Shown: positions 26,115 through 34,737 of the stretch, in pieces | Layout: the number at the start of each line of letters is the position of its first letter | Numbering within the stretch: the first letter of the stretch is position 1 | DNA from: Myxococcales bacterium | GTDB taxonomy: Bacteria > Myxococcota_A > Polyangia > Polyangiales > JADJMO01 | Assembly: GCA_016794445.1 (NCBI GenBank) | Contig: JAEUKC010000164.1 | Span: 4,944-68,943 of the forward strand | Direction: 5' to 3' | DNA: 64,000 nucleotides | Notes under the pieces: model-generated | The model's input: only the letters and a program-made list of their open reading frames with translations | Databases searched by the model: none | What the model was told of the DNA's origin: nothing | Position numbers and translations under genes: made by a program

Positions 26115-27125
26115 ATGCGGGCCATGGCACACGCAGCGGTGATCGGCGGTGGTTCGTGGGGTACGGCGCTCGCCCGGGTGCTGGCGGACAAGGGCGAGGA
26201 GGTCCGCCTCTGGTGCAAGCGCCCCGAGGACGCCGAGGAGATCGAGCGCACGCGCACCAACGCACGCTACCTGCCCGGGGTGTCGCTGCCGCCCAGCCTG
26301 CGGGCCACGGCCGACGTGCGCGAGTCGCTGGTCGGAGCCAGCATCGTCGTGCTGGTCGTCCCCTCCCACGTGCTCCGTGAGGTGACCAAGGAGCTGGTCG
26401 CGGTCGGCATCCCCGACGAGGCGCCGATCGTCAGCGCCACCAAGGGAATCGAGAACGAGTCGTTGATGCTCATGAGCGAGGTGCTCGAGGACGTGATCCC
26501 GCCGCTCCAGCACCGGAACCTCGCGTATCTGAGCGGGCCTTCGTTCGCGCGGGAGGTCGTCAGGGGCATGGCCACCGCGATCGTGATCGCGAGCCGCAAC
26601 GAGCAGATGTGCCACCAGCTGATCCACCGCTTCTCCAGCGCCCGCCTGCGCGCCTACGCCAACAGCGACGTGGTCGGCGTCGAGATGGGCGGCGCGCTCA
26701 AGAACGTGATCGCCATCGCGGCCGGCGCGGTCGACGGACTCGGACTCGGTCACAATGCGCGCGCCGCCGTGATCACCCGGGGCCTCGCCGAGATCGCCCG
26801 GCTCGCCATGGTGAAGGGCGGGAGCGCGCTGACGCTGGCGGGCCTCTCCGGCATGGGAGACCTCGTACTCACGTGCACTGGCGAGGCCTCGCGTAACCGC
26901 ACGGTGGGCTACGAGCTCGGGCGCGGTCGCAAGCTCGCCGACGTGCTCGGCAGCATGACCCAGGTGGCCGAGGGCGTGCGCACCACCAAGAGCGCCAAGG
27001 AGCTCGGAGAGAAGCTCGGCGTCGAGCTGCCCATCACCCAGGAGGTGTACCGCGTGCTCTACGAGGACAAGCCCGTGGCCGAGGCGGTGAACCAGCTCAT
27101 GACCCGCGCGCTCAGCTGGGAGTGA
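26115..27125 (+). CDS. gpsA: NAD(P)H-dependent glycerol-3-phosphate dehydrogenase
   Basis: AVIGGGSWGTALA, SATKGIE, GALKNVIAIAAG, LAGLSGMGDLVLTC. Confidence 0.9.
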   Translation: MRAMAHAAVIGGGSWGTALARVLADKGEEVRLWCKRPEDAEEIERTRTNARYLPGVSLPPSLRATADVRESLVGASIVVLVVPSHVLREVTKELVAVGIPDEAPIVSATKGIENESLMLMSEVLEDVIPPLQHRNLAYLSGPSFAREVVRGMATAIVIASRNEQMCHQLIHRFSSARLRAYANSDVVGVEMGGALKNVIAIAAGAVDGLGLGHNARAAVITRGLAEIARLAMVKGGSALTLAGLSGMGDLVLTCTGEASRNRTVGYELGRGRKLADVLGSMTQVAEGVRTTKSAKELGEKLGVELPITQEVYRVLYEDKPVAEAVNQLMTRALSWE

Positions 27126-30100
27126 GCCGTCGCCTTCGGCGTTGCATCCCCCCGAGAGCAAGGACGAGTCCGAACAGCCCGACGGCTTCGTCAGCCCCGC
27201 GACCCGTCACCCCGCAGCCTCCGCCGCTGTCGGGCGGGGGGGTGTCGATCGACTGGCACTTCCCACTCGCCACGTCGCAGGCGAAACCAGGCTGGCAATC
27301 ATCCGTCGTCGCGCAGCTGTCCTTGCACGTGCCGCTGGTGTTGCATCGGTAAGGCAGGCAGGGCTTCGTCGTGCCGTCCTCGGCCACCGAGGACAGGCCA
27401 TCGCCGCTGCACTTGGCGGTCTTCGGCTTGCAGGCGTCGCCCTGGCACACGTAGCCCTTGATGCAGTCGTCGTCGGTGCTGCACTTGGTCTTGCAAGCGG
27501 CGCCGTCCGTGGTGCAGGCAAACCCGCCGCAAGGCGTCGTCTCGGCGGCAGGGCAGGCGCCCTTGCCGTCGCACCGGCCTCCGCTGGTCGCCGTGCCATC
27601 CTTGCAGGTGGTGGCACGACAGACGACGTCCGTTCCGACGAAGCCGAGGCAGGCCTTGCGATCGGCACCGTCGCACTGGCTCTCGCTGCACACGTTGCCC
27701 GGGTCCTTGCTGCAAGCCGCACGGGTGCCGTGAGGCGCTCCCTTCACGGGAATGCACTTGCCCTTGCGGCTCGTGGTGGCGTCGGGGATGTCGCACGCCT
27801 CGCACTGACCATCGCACGCCGCGTCGCAGCAGACGCCGTCTGCGCAGAAGCCCGATCCGCAATCGAGCCCGCCCTTGCTCGCGTCGCAGACCGAACCATT
27901 GGTGGTGAGGCACGTGCCTTCCTTGCCGGGGTATCCACACGTGGTGCCCGCAGCGCAAGTCGCGCTGCCGCAGCAGAACCCATCGACGCAGCTGAGGGGC
28001 GCGACGCAACCCGTCGGGCCGGTGCAAGGCTTCCCGAGACCTGGGGCCACCTTGCAGGCGCCGGCCTCGCAGACGTAGCCCGACGCGCAATCGGTGTTGA
28101 GCGTGCACGTGGTTTTGCAGGACTTGAGGTCGCAAGCGTAGGCGCCGCAACCAACAGGCTTGTCCGTGCACTTACCGAGGCCATCACACAGCGACTCCTT
28201 GGTCGCGATACCGGAGGCGCAAGCGTCCTTGCTGCACTTGGTCGAGCTCGACACGTAGTGACAGGCGAGCGGGTCGACACCGTTGCACACCTGCGCGCTG
28301 CACTCCGTGCCCACGGTGCACGCCGCCCGTCCACCGACGGGCGCGCCCGCCGCCGCCGAACAAGTCCCCACCTTTCCGGCGAGGTTACACGCTGCGCACT
28401 GGCCAGCGCAGGCGGTGTCGCAGCACACTCCATCCACGCACTGACCGCTGGCGCACTCGGTACCGACCGAGCAACCGACGCCGTTCTTCTTCACGCAGGT
28501 GCCGATCTTGCCCGGTGCGGTGCAGGTCCTGGTGCCGCTGCAGCCCACGGTGTCGCAACAGACGGACTCCTCGCAGGCACCGCTCGCGCAATCGCCGGGG
28601 TAGGCGGTGTTGCAGGACGCGGCCAGAGGCAAGGGGGCGAAGACCTCGGAAGCCATGATGGCGTTCGACGCAAGAGCTCCTACAGCGATGGCGCGGCCGT
28701 CGTCCAAGCTGACAATCGCAGTGTTGCCGCGCGGTGCGGCAAGCGGACTCGCGGCCAGCCAGACGTCTCGGGCGGGGTCGTAGACTTCCACCGACGAATC
28801 CAGTGTCCCAGCCGAACCACCAGCAACGAGAACGCGCTTGGTGCCCGTCAGCAAGCCACCACTGGACACGTGGGGCTTTGCAACCGACGCGACCGTCTTC
28901 CAGCCGACCCCCAGCTCGAAGAGGTGCACGGCCGTCGGCGCCAGGTATCCGCCGACGACGAGGGCTCTGGTCGAGTCAAGGACGACAGGCTGGTTGTCGT
29001 GATAGGGCGCTGGCGCGCCCACGGACGCGAACGTACTACCGTTCCATACCTCTGCAGACGAGTCGCCACCGCCCATCACCAGCACCGAAGTCCCCAGCAA
29101 TCCCATGCTGGGCAGCTCGCGTGCGGCCACCATCGAGCCAGTGGCTGTCCAAGTGTTGGTAGACCCCGTGTACGTATAGGCGGTCTTCGCTTTGGCTGCG
29201 CCGAAGTAACGTCCACCAACCGCGAGGGCCCGGCCATCGGTGAGACCAATGAGGCCTGGGTTCTGCCGCACCTCAGGCGGTGCTGCGACCGTCGTCCTCA
29301 AATTGCTGCCCCACACACTCGTGTAGGCGTAGCTGGCTGGTGGACTGAAGAGGTCGCCGAAGAAGCCGTCGACCATCAGGAGCTTGTCGCCGGCGATGCG
29401 CGCTGCTGCGTTTCTGCCGTTTGCAACCGACTGGTAGCCTCCTTCCCAGCCACTTCCTGTCCACCGATAGAGGTTTGCAGAATTGTCGGCGAGCATCGGC
29501 ACGCCCGTGGAGAACTTCTCCAGGAAGGGTGGGGTGCTGATGTAGTTCGTGCCGCTCCAGGCGATCGGCGCGCTCCACGCGGGATCCACGACCACCGGAA
29601 ACACAAGGCCTGTCGGATCGAGCGAAAGGCTCAAGTCGGCGGTTGCTCCTCGAGCCTCCAAGGTCACTTGGACGGGTCGCCGGGTTCCTTGGGCGTCCGT
29701 GGCCGTCGGGGGCGCAGCCACGAAGACAACCTCGCCCTCGGAGTCGACAGCTTCGATCGCTCCACGACGCAGCCTGAACCCAGCAACTCCCCCACTCCCC
29801 ACGAGTCGGTATCGTTGTTTGGTTGCGGCGCGTGAGGAGCGAAGAATCCGATACTCCTCCACCAACGTGGGCGTGTTCAACCAGGCAAAATCAATGTCTG
29901 CCCCACGCGAGACTCGTCCGTACCGGACGGGTACGACCGAACTCAGCTCGGCTCCGATGGCAGCGACCCGCAGGCTCGACTTTCCCGCCTGGAGCACGAG
30001 TGTGTGTGCACCGACCTCGGGCAGCACGACTTGGAGAGGACCAGATTGCCCTCGTGCGGGTTCCAGCGCGACCGCGCCTGCAGGCAGCCCTAGAGCTTCG

Positions 30101-30198
30101 TCGGCGGTCGGCAGCAGCTGCTCACTTCGCCCAGCAGAACCCCGGGCAGAACAGCCCAGAGCGGAACCAATGAGGAGGGCACAGACACTGGTCCGCAT
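27112..30198 (-). CDS. Large surface lipoprotein: N-terminal region, Kelch-like propeller, ~460-aa cysteine-rich repeat region and a MYXO-CTERM-like tail
   Basis: Lipobox LIGSALGC. Kelch-like blades (GRALAVGGRY, SVLVMGGGDS, RALVVGGYLA, RVLVAGGSAG, GRAIAVGALA). Repeated C-[AG]SG-x-C-x-[DE]G-[VF]CC-[DG]-x2-C-x-G-x-C-x2-C modules. Its 3' end overlaps the gpsA 3' end by 14 nt (convergent). Confidence 0.8.
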   Translation of the reverse strand: MRTSVCALLIGSALGCSARGSAGRSEQLLPTADEALGLPAGAVALEPARGQSGPLQVVLPEVGAHTLVLQAGKSSLRVAAIGAELSSVVPVRYGRVSRGADIDFAWLNTPTLVEEYRILRSSRAATKQRYRLVGSGGVAGFRLRRGAIEAVDSEGEVVFVAAPPTATDAQGTRRPVQVTLEARGATADLSLSLDPTGLVFPVVVDPAWSAPIAWSGTNYISTPPFLEKFSTGVPMLADNSANLYRWTGSGWEGGYQSVANGRNAAARIAGDKLLMVDGFFGDLFSPPASYAYTSVWGSNLRTTVAAPPEVRQNPGLIGLTDGRALAVGGRYFGAAKAKTAYTYTGSTNTWTATGSMVAARELPSMGLLGTSVLVMGGGDSSAEVWNGSTFASVGAPAPYHDNQPVVLDSTRALVVGGYLAPTAVHLFELGVGWKTVASVAKPHVSSGGLLTGTKRVLVAGGSAGTLDSSVEVYDPARDVWLAASPLAAPRGNTAIVSLDDGRAIAVGALASNAIMASEVFAPLPLAASCNTAYPGDCASGACEESVCCDTVGCSGTRTCTAPGKIGTCVKKNGVGCSVGTECASGQCVDGVCCDTACAGQCAACNLAGKVGTCSAAAGAPVGGRAACTVGTECSAQVCNGVDPLACHYVSSSTKCSKDACASGIATKESLCDGLGKCTDKPVGCGAYACDLKSCKTTCTLNTDCASGYVCEAGACKVAPGLGKPCTGPTGCVAPLSCVDGFCCGSATCAAGTTCGYPGKEGTCLTTNGSVCDASKGGLDCGSGFCADGVCCDAACDGQCEACDIPDATTSRKGKCIPVKGAPHGTRAACSKDPGNVCSESQCDGADRKACLGFVGTDVVCRATTCKDGTATSGGRCDGKGACPAAETTPCGGFACTTDGAACKTKCSTDDDCIKGYVCQGDACKPKTAKCSGDGLSSVAEDGTTKPCLPYRCNTSGTCKDSCATTDDCQPGFACDVASGKCQSIDTPPPDSGGGCGVTGRGADEAVGLFGLVLALGGMQRRRRRLTPS
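27115..27240 (-). other. MYXO-CTERM-like C-terminal sorting signal
   Basis: PPPDSGGGCGVTGRGADEAVGLFGLVLALGGMQRRRRRLTPS, which reads as a GGC motif, a hydrophobic helix and an Arg cluster at the extreme C-terminus. Confidence 0.7.
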
Positions 30199-30271
30199 CG
30201 GCCAGCCCTAGCACAAAACGGCGACGCGGACCGCTCGGTTTCCCGAGGGTCCGCGTCCCTTCAGTGCGCTA

Positions 30272-33200
30272 CTAGAATCCCTTCAGATCGCCGCGCAGGT
30301 CCCACTGGTACTGGCGGTTCACGTTGAGGATGCCGACGTAGCGACGCAGCTGGGTCTGGGCCGTCACGTCCTTGACCTGCGCCGGCTTGGCCGGGTCGGT
30401 CCACTTCGGGCGCTTGGTGACGGCGTCGTACAGCGGGTAGCCCTTGCCGTCCGTCTGGACGTCGTAGGCCGCGGCGAGGATGCGGTTGGCGTGCTCGAGC
30501 ATGCGCTGACCGACGTTTCCGGCGCGCGCGAACCCATTGCTGTTCTTCGGTCCAGAAGCGGCACCGCCGAGGGCCTCGAAGGCCATGTCGCGGCGCGCAC
30601 CCCAGAGGACGCCGCTGTCGGGCTCGTAGAAGAAGACCTTCTCCGAGTCGGCGAGCGGGAGAGCCTCGGGGCCACCCTCGATCCAGGTGCGCATCGTGTG
30701 AGCGATCGCCATGCTGCCGTCGTCCTGGCCGAGCCAGAAGGTGTAGAGCAGCGTGGGGACCTGGGTGCGGAAGCCGACCAGCGGATCGAGGTAGACGGTG
30801 TTGGCGCCCGCCTCGGCCTTGTAGGTCGTCTCCCAGAGCTTCTGGTACTGCGGCTCGACCACGTAGTCGCCGGCCTTGGTGGCCTTGGTGCGGTCGATGT
30901 ACGGCGCCACGGCGTCGAGGTCGAAGGCGAACACGCCGGACATCAGGCGGTCATAGGCGACCGGCATGAAGGACCGGAAGTTGATCAGCATGTTGCGACC
31001 ATCCACGTAGGTGTCGCGCGAGTAGTAGACGTGCATGGGCGGGAACTGCGCCGCGAGGGCCGCCGATGCGAGCGGCTTCTCGAGGTAGGTGCCCGAGCGG
31101 TTGGGGTACGAGTTGTAGTTGAACGACCCGCCCTTGAAGTTGCTCACGTCGGTGTCGATGAAGCGGCCGTCGAGGACGCTGACCGTCACGGCAGGCGAGG
31201 GCTTGCCGAAGTCGGGCCAGCTGTCCGGGACCTCCCAGATCTCGTTGACGACGCCCGCCGACGCATCCTTCGGCGCGTACGGGCCGGGCTGCGGACGGAG
31301 GATGGCCTTGGAGAGCTCGGCGAAGAGCGCCGTGCCCGCGAGGACGTAGCCACGACCCCAGTCGTCGGACTGGAGAGCAGGGTTGGTGTCCGTGGTCTTG
31401 TCCGGGTACATCGCCGCGTACTGGCCGATCTTGCTACCCGCCAGCCAGCCGATGCTGTGCATGCGCGAGAAGTAACGGTCCCAGAGGCGACCCCCCATGA
31501 AGAACGGAATCCAGCCACGACGGCCGCGACGCCAGAAGTCGAGGAGGTAGCGGTACTCGTAGAGGCGCGCGACGTTCTCGGCGGCCTCGTACACGTCGGC
31601 GCCCGCGTCGAAGCGGAGGCCGTGCGGGTAGCTGGCGTACTCGTCGGTGCCGAACCGGTACGGCCAGCGGATGCGGCCGTCCTTGGTCTTCCAGGCGAGC
31701 GCGTCGAGGTCACCCTCCACGTTGCCCGTGACCATCTCGCTCATGTGCGCGTGGTCCTTCTTCGGCGGCTGGCAGACCACGCCGTCGATGGCGGCGTACT
31801 GCTCGGCCGTCGACTTGTCCTTGGCCGGCACGCAGCGCGAGGCGTCGAACAGGAGCTTCTCTTCCTGGAGCTTGCGCGCCAGGGTGGTGTAGTGCGTGGG
31901 CTGGAACTTCGCCCCGCCGCCGACCTTGGCGTCGGTGCGCTTGACCCACCACTGCTCGGACAGGTGCCCGCGCGGCATGGTCTCGCCCGGGAAGGCGTGC
32001 AGACCCGCGAGATCCGGACCGACCTTGCTGCCTGCCTGGAACGTCTCGACCGTGCCACCGTAGATGAACTTCATGGCGGCCTTGTCATAAGACCCGAGAC
32101 CCATGAGGTCGGTGTTGAAGTCGTAGCCGTAGTCCATGATCGACGAGTACGCGTACTCCTCGATCGACGCGTGGACGTTGGTCCCGGTGCCCATCTCCTC
32201 GGTCGTCTCCGGGTCGAGGTAGCGCGGGCCCATGCACGTGTCCGTCTTGGGATCGGTGCGCGGTCCGGTGCACTCCGCGGTCTTGGCGCCGTTGGCGGTG
32301 CGGAGCTTCCAGTAGTTCGGGTGGAAGTTCATGGAGTCCCACGAACCCTGGAAGTTGTGGCGCAGACCGACCGTGTGGCCGACCTCGTGCTCGGTCACCG
32401 CGCGGTAGATGTCGCGGCGCAGGTCGAAGAAGAGCTTCTGCGAGCGCTCCTCCGGCGAGAGGTCCTTGTACTTGTCCTTGTACTTGCGGGCGAGGCCCTC
32501 GAGGTGGGGAGCGTTGAACTCGTCCATCCCGAACATGCACATGCCGTGGGCCTCGAGGGTCTGGTGGACCTTGTTCGAGAGCTCCGCCATCGCCATCGGG
32601 TTCAAGCGGCCGCCGAACGGCGACACCGACTTGCGGACCTCGGCGGCGAGCGCCGCGTCGGCCTGGGCGATGGGCAGGTTGCCCGCGAGCCACTGATCCT
32701 GCGAGAGGATCTCGGCCTCGGACTTGCTGCCGGCGAGCTTGGTCGCCGTCGCGTTCAACCGCGCCTCGGCCTCGGCCTTGCCGCCAAAGCCCTGGTGCCC
32801 GCCCACGCCCTTCGCGCCGATCTCGGCGTTGACCGCGGCGAGCGCGTCGACGTTGGCCTTGCCCGCGACCGAGGCCCCGGCGCCGATCTTGGCGACGAGA
32901 TCCTTGGTCTGGATGCCCTTCATGCGCGAGTCGATCTCGGTGGCGCTGAGCCCGCGCGGAGCGGGACCCTCGCCACGGAGGAACTTGCCGTAGGCCTCGT
33001 ACATCGCCGGCGTGTCGCTCGGCGCGTACTTGCCGAGGCCACCCGCGATGTGCGCGCCCGTCGAGAACTCCTCGACGCTGATGTCACCGATGGCGATGCG
33101 CGCGAGGTCGCGGGCCATGGTGGCGTAGGAGTCGAGCGAGGCTCCGTAGATGTACGCGGTCGCCTGGACGACCTCGCCGGTCAGCGGGTCCGCGCCGTCG

Positions 33201-34654
33201 GGGCCGTAGCCGAGAGGCGCGGCCGACAGCGGCTGATCGACCCAGCCGATGAGGTTGTAGCGGAGGTCGCCCTCACGAGCGATGGTGCCCTCCTTGCCGC
33301 ACGAGGGGTGCTCACCGGCCTTCACCGGGTTGTGGCAGAGGACGAGCGCCGGGCCGTTGTTGGCCTTCGGGGTCTCGCCGTCGAAGAACTGCGCGCGGCA
33401 GCCAGCGGCGTCGCCGCCGAAGCGACGGCACTCCACCTCGCGGGACACGGCGATGGCGTTCACCATGGCCTCGTTCCACTGGTCGATGAGCTCCTGGTTG
33501 GCGTCCCACAGGTCGGCCGGCATGCTGGTCGACACGTGGTACGGGATGCCGCGAACCGCGCGATCCTTGAGCGGGATGGTGCAGAGGCCGCTCTTCTTGC
33601 CGGTGTTCTCGCCCGCGTACATGTCGCAGACGGAGCCCTGCACGCTGCCGCAGACGCCGTCGCCCTTGACCTTGTCGCCGTCCTCGCCGCAAGCGCGCTC
33701 GTCGTGGCTCTTGGTCCAGAGGTTGTGACGCGCGACGAGGCGGTGCCACTTCGCGTCCGTCACGCCGTACTGCCGCGAGAAGCCGTAGCGATCGCGGTTG
33801 AACGTGCCGAACATCGAGAACTTCGCGCTGTCCGTCTCCATCGCCTCGTAGTCGCGCTGCCCGACCTTCATGAAGGACGTGCGGACGGCGACCTCTTGGT
33901 CGTTGCAGTCGGTGACGACGCTGCCCGAGTAGAAGTTGGAGATGATGCAGGCGGGGAGCCACGAGACGCCGTCGAACGAAGGCGCCTTGGCGATCCACTT
34001 GCTGGTCAGGTCGAAGTAGCCGTTCGCCGTGTCGTAGACCGGGGCGTTCAGGCTGGTCGGATCGGTGACGTAGTAGTTGACGTTCTGCCAGGTGATGTCA
34101 CCGAAGATCTCGCCGAACCAGAGGCCGGCGAAATCGGGGTCACTGACGAGGTTGCGCGACCAGTCCACGCGCATGTAGTCGCGCTGGTACCACGGCCGGT
34201 CGATCGGGTTCTCGACGATGATGTTCTGCTCTTCGCCCGTGGTCGGGTTGTAGGCCCGCTGGATGTCGAAGTGCGACTGGATGCGGAACATGGCGACGAT
34301 GACGCCGTTGTTCTTCGACGGGTCCGCGCCCTTGCCGTCCGAGCCGCTCACGAGCTCGTACGAGCGGCGAGCGACGAGGAAGTTCTCCTGGATGTCCCAA
34401 CGCACGCGCCGGAGCTCGTCCTGATAGCCGGGGAAGGCAAAGCTGTTGCTCTTGCCGACCTCGGTGATCGTCATGCGCATGTACCACTCGGTCGGGTTCG
34501 CCGGGTCAGGCCCGAGCAGATCCGCCTTCTTCATGTAGTTCGGCTGCACCTGGCTGATGGGCTCGCGCTCTTCCGCGCAACCACCGCCGCTCGCCGCCAC
34601 AGAGAGCCCCAGGAATGCTGCCATTCCCAGCCGGCTCAACCATCCCTTACGCAT
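30272..34654 (-). CDS. Giant metzincin-type zinc metalloprotease lipoprotein, paralog A (DUF4953/DUF5117-like core)
   Basis: ATG 34654 lies 6 nt after AGGAGG. Lipobox LSVAASGGGC. The motif HEVGHTVGLRHNF (HExxHxxGxxH) maps to nt 32357-32389. 1460 aa. Confidence 0.8.
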   Translation of the reverse strand: MRKGWLSRLGMAAFLGLSVAASGGGCAEEREPISQVQPNYMKKADLLGPDPANPTEWYMRMTITEVGKSNSFAFPGYQDELRRVRWDIQENFLVARRSYELVSGSDGKGADPSKNNGVIVAMFRIQSHFDIQRAYNPTTGEEQNIIVENPIDRPWYQRDYMRVDWSRNLVSDPDFAGLWFGEIFGDITWQNVNYYVTDPTSLNAPVYDTANGYFDLTSKWIAKAPSFDGVSWLPACIISNFYSGSVVTDCNDQEVAVRTSFMKVGQRDYEAMETDSAKFSMFGTFNRDRYGFSRQYGVTDAKWHRLVARHNLWTKSHDERACGEDGDKVKGDGVCGSVQGSVCDMYAGENTGKKSGLCTIPLKDRAVRGIPYHVSTSMPADLWDANQELIDQWNEAMVNAIAVSREVECRRFGGDAAGCRAQFFDGETPKANNGPALVLCHNPVKAGEHPSCGKEGTIAREGDLRYNLIGWVDQPLSAAPLGYGPDGADPLTGEVVQATAYIYGASLDSYATMARDLARIAIGDISVEEFSTGAHIAGGLGKYAPSDTPAMYEAYGKFLRGEGPAPRGLSATEIDSRMKGIQTKDLVAKIGAGASVAGKANVDALAAVNAEIGAKGVGGHQGFGGKAEAEARLNATATKLAGSKSEAEILSQDQWLAGNLPIAQADAALAAEVRKSVSPFGGRLNPMAMAELSNKVHQTLEAHGMCMFGMDEFNAPHLEGLARKYKDKYKDLSPEERSQKLFFDLRRDIYRAVTEHEVGHTVGLRHNFQGSWDSMNFHPNYWKLRTANGAKTAECTGPRTDPKTDTCMGPRYLDPETTEEMGTGTNVHASIEEYAYSSIMDYGYDFNTDLMGLGSYDKAAMKFIYGGTVETFQAGSKVGPDLAGLHAFPGETMPRGHLSEQWWVKRTDAKVGGGAKFQPTHYTTLARKLQEEKLLFDASRCVPAKDKSTAEQYAAIDGVVCQPPKKDHAHMSEMVTGNVEGDLDALAWKTKDGRIRWPYRFGTDEYASYPHGLRFDAGADVYEAAENVARLYEYRYLLDFWRRGRRGWIPFFMGGRLWDRYFSRMHSIGWLAGSKIGQYAAMYPDKTTDTNPALQSDDWGRGYVLAGTALFAELSKAILRPQPGPYAPKDASAGVVNEIWEVPDSWPDFGKPSPAVTVSVLDGRFIDTDVSNFKGGSFNYNSYPNRSGTYLEKPLASAALAAQFPPMHVYYSRDTYVDGRNMLINFRSFMPVAYDRLMSGVFAFDLDAVAPYIDRTKATKAGDYVVEPQYQKLWETTYKAEAGANTVYLDPLVGFRTQVPTLLYTFWLGQDDGSMAIAHTMRTWIEGGPEALPLADSEKVFFYEPDSGVLWGARRDMAFEALGGAASGPKNSNGFARAGNVGQRMLEHANRILAAAYDVQTDGKGYPLYDAVTKRPKWTDPAKPAQVKDVTAQTQLRRYVGILNVNRQYQWDLRGDLKGF

Positions 34655-34737
34655 CACAGCCTCCTATTCACTCAGAAGAATTCTTGGGGGGAGCCGGGAG
34701 GGGAGCGCTCGCGCGCTGCACCCTCCCAGCAGGGCGA

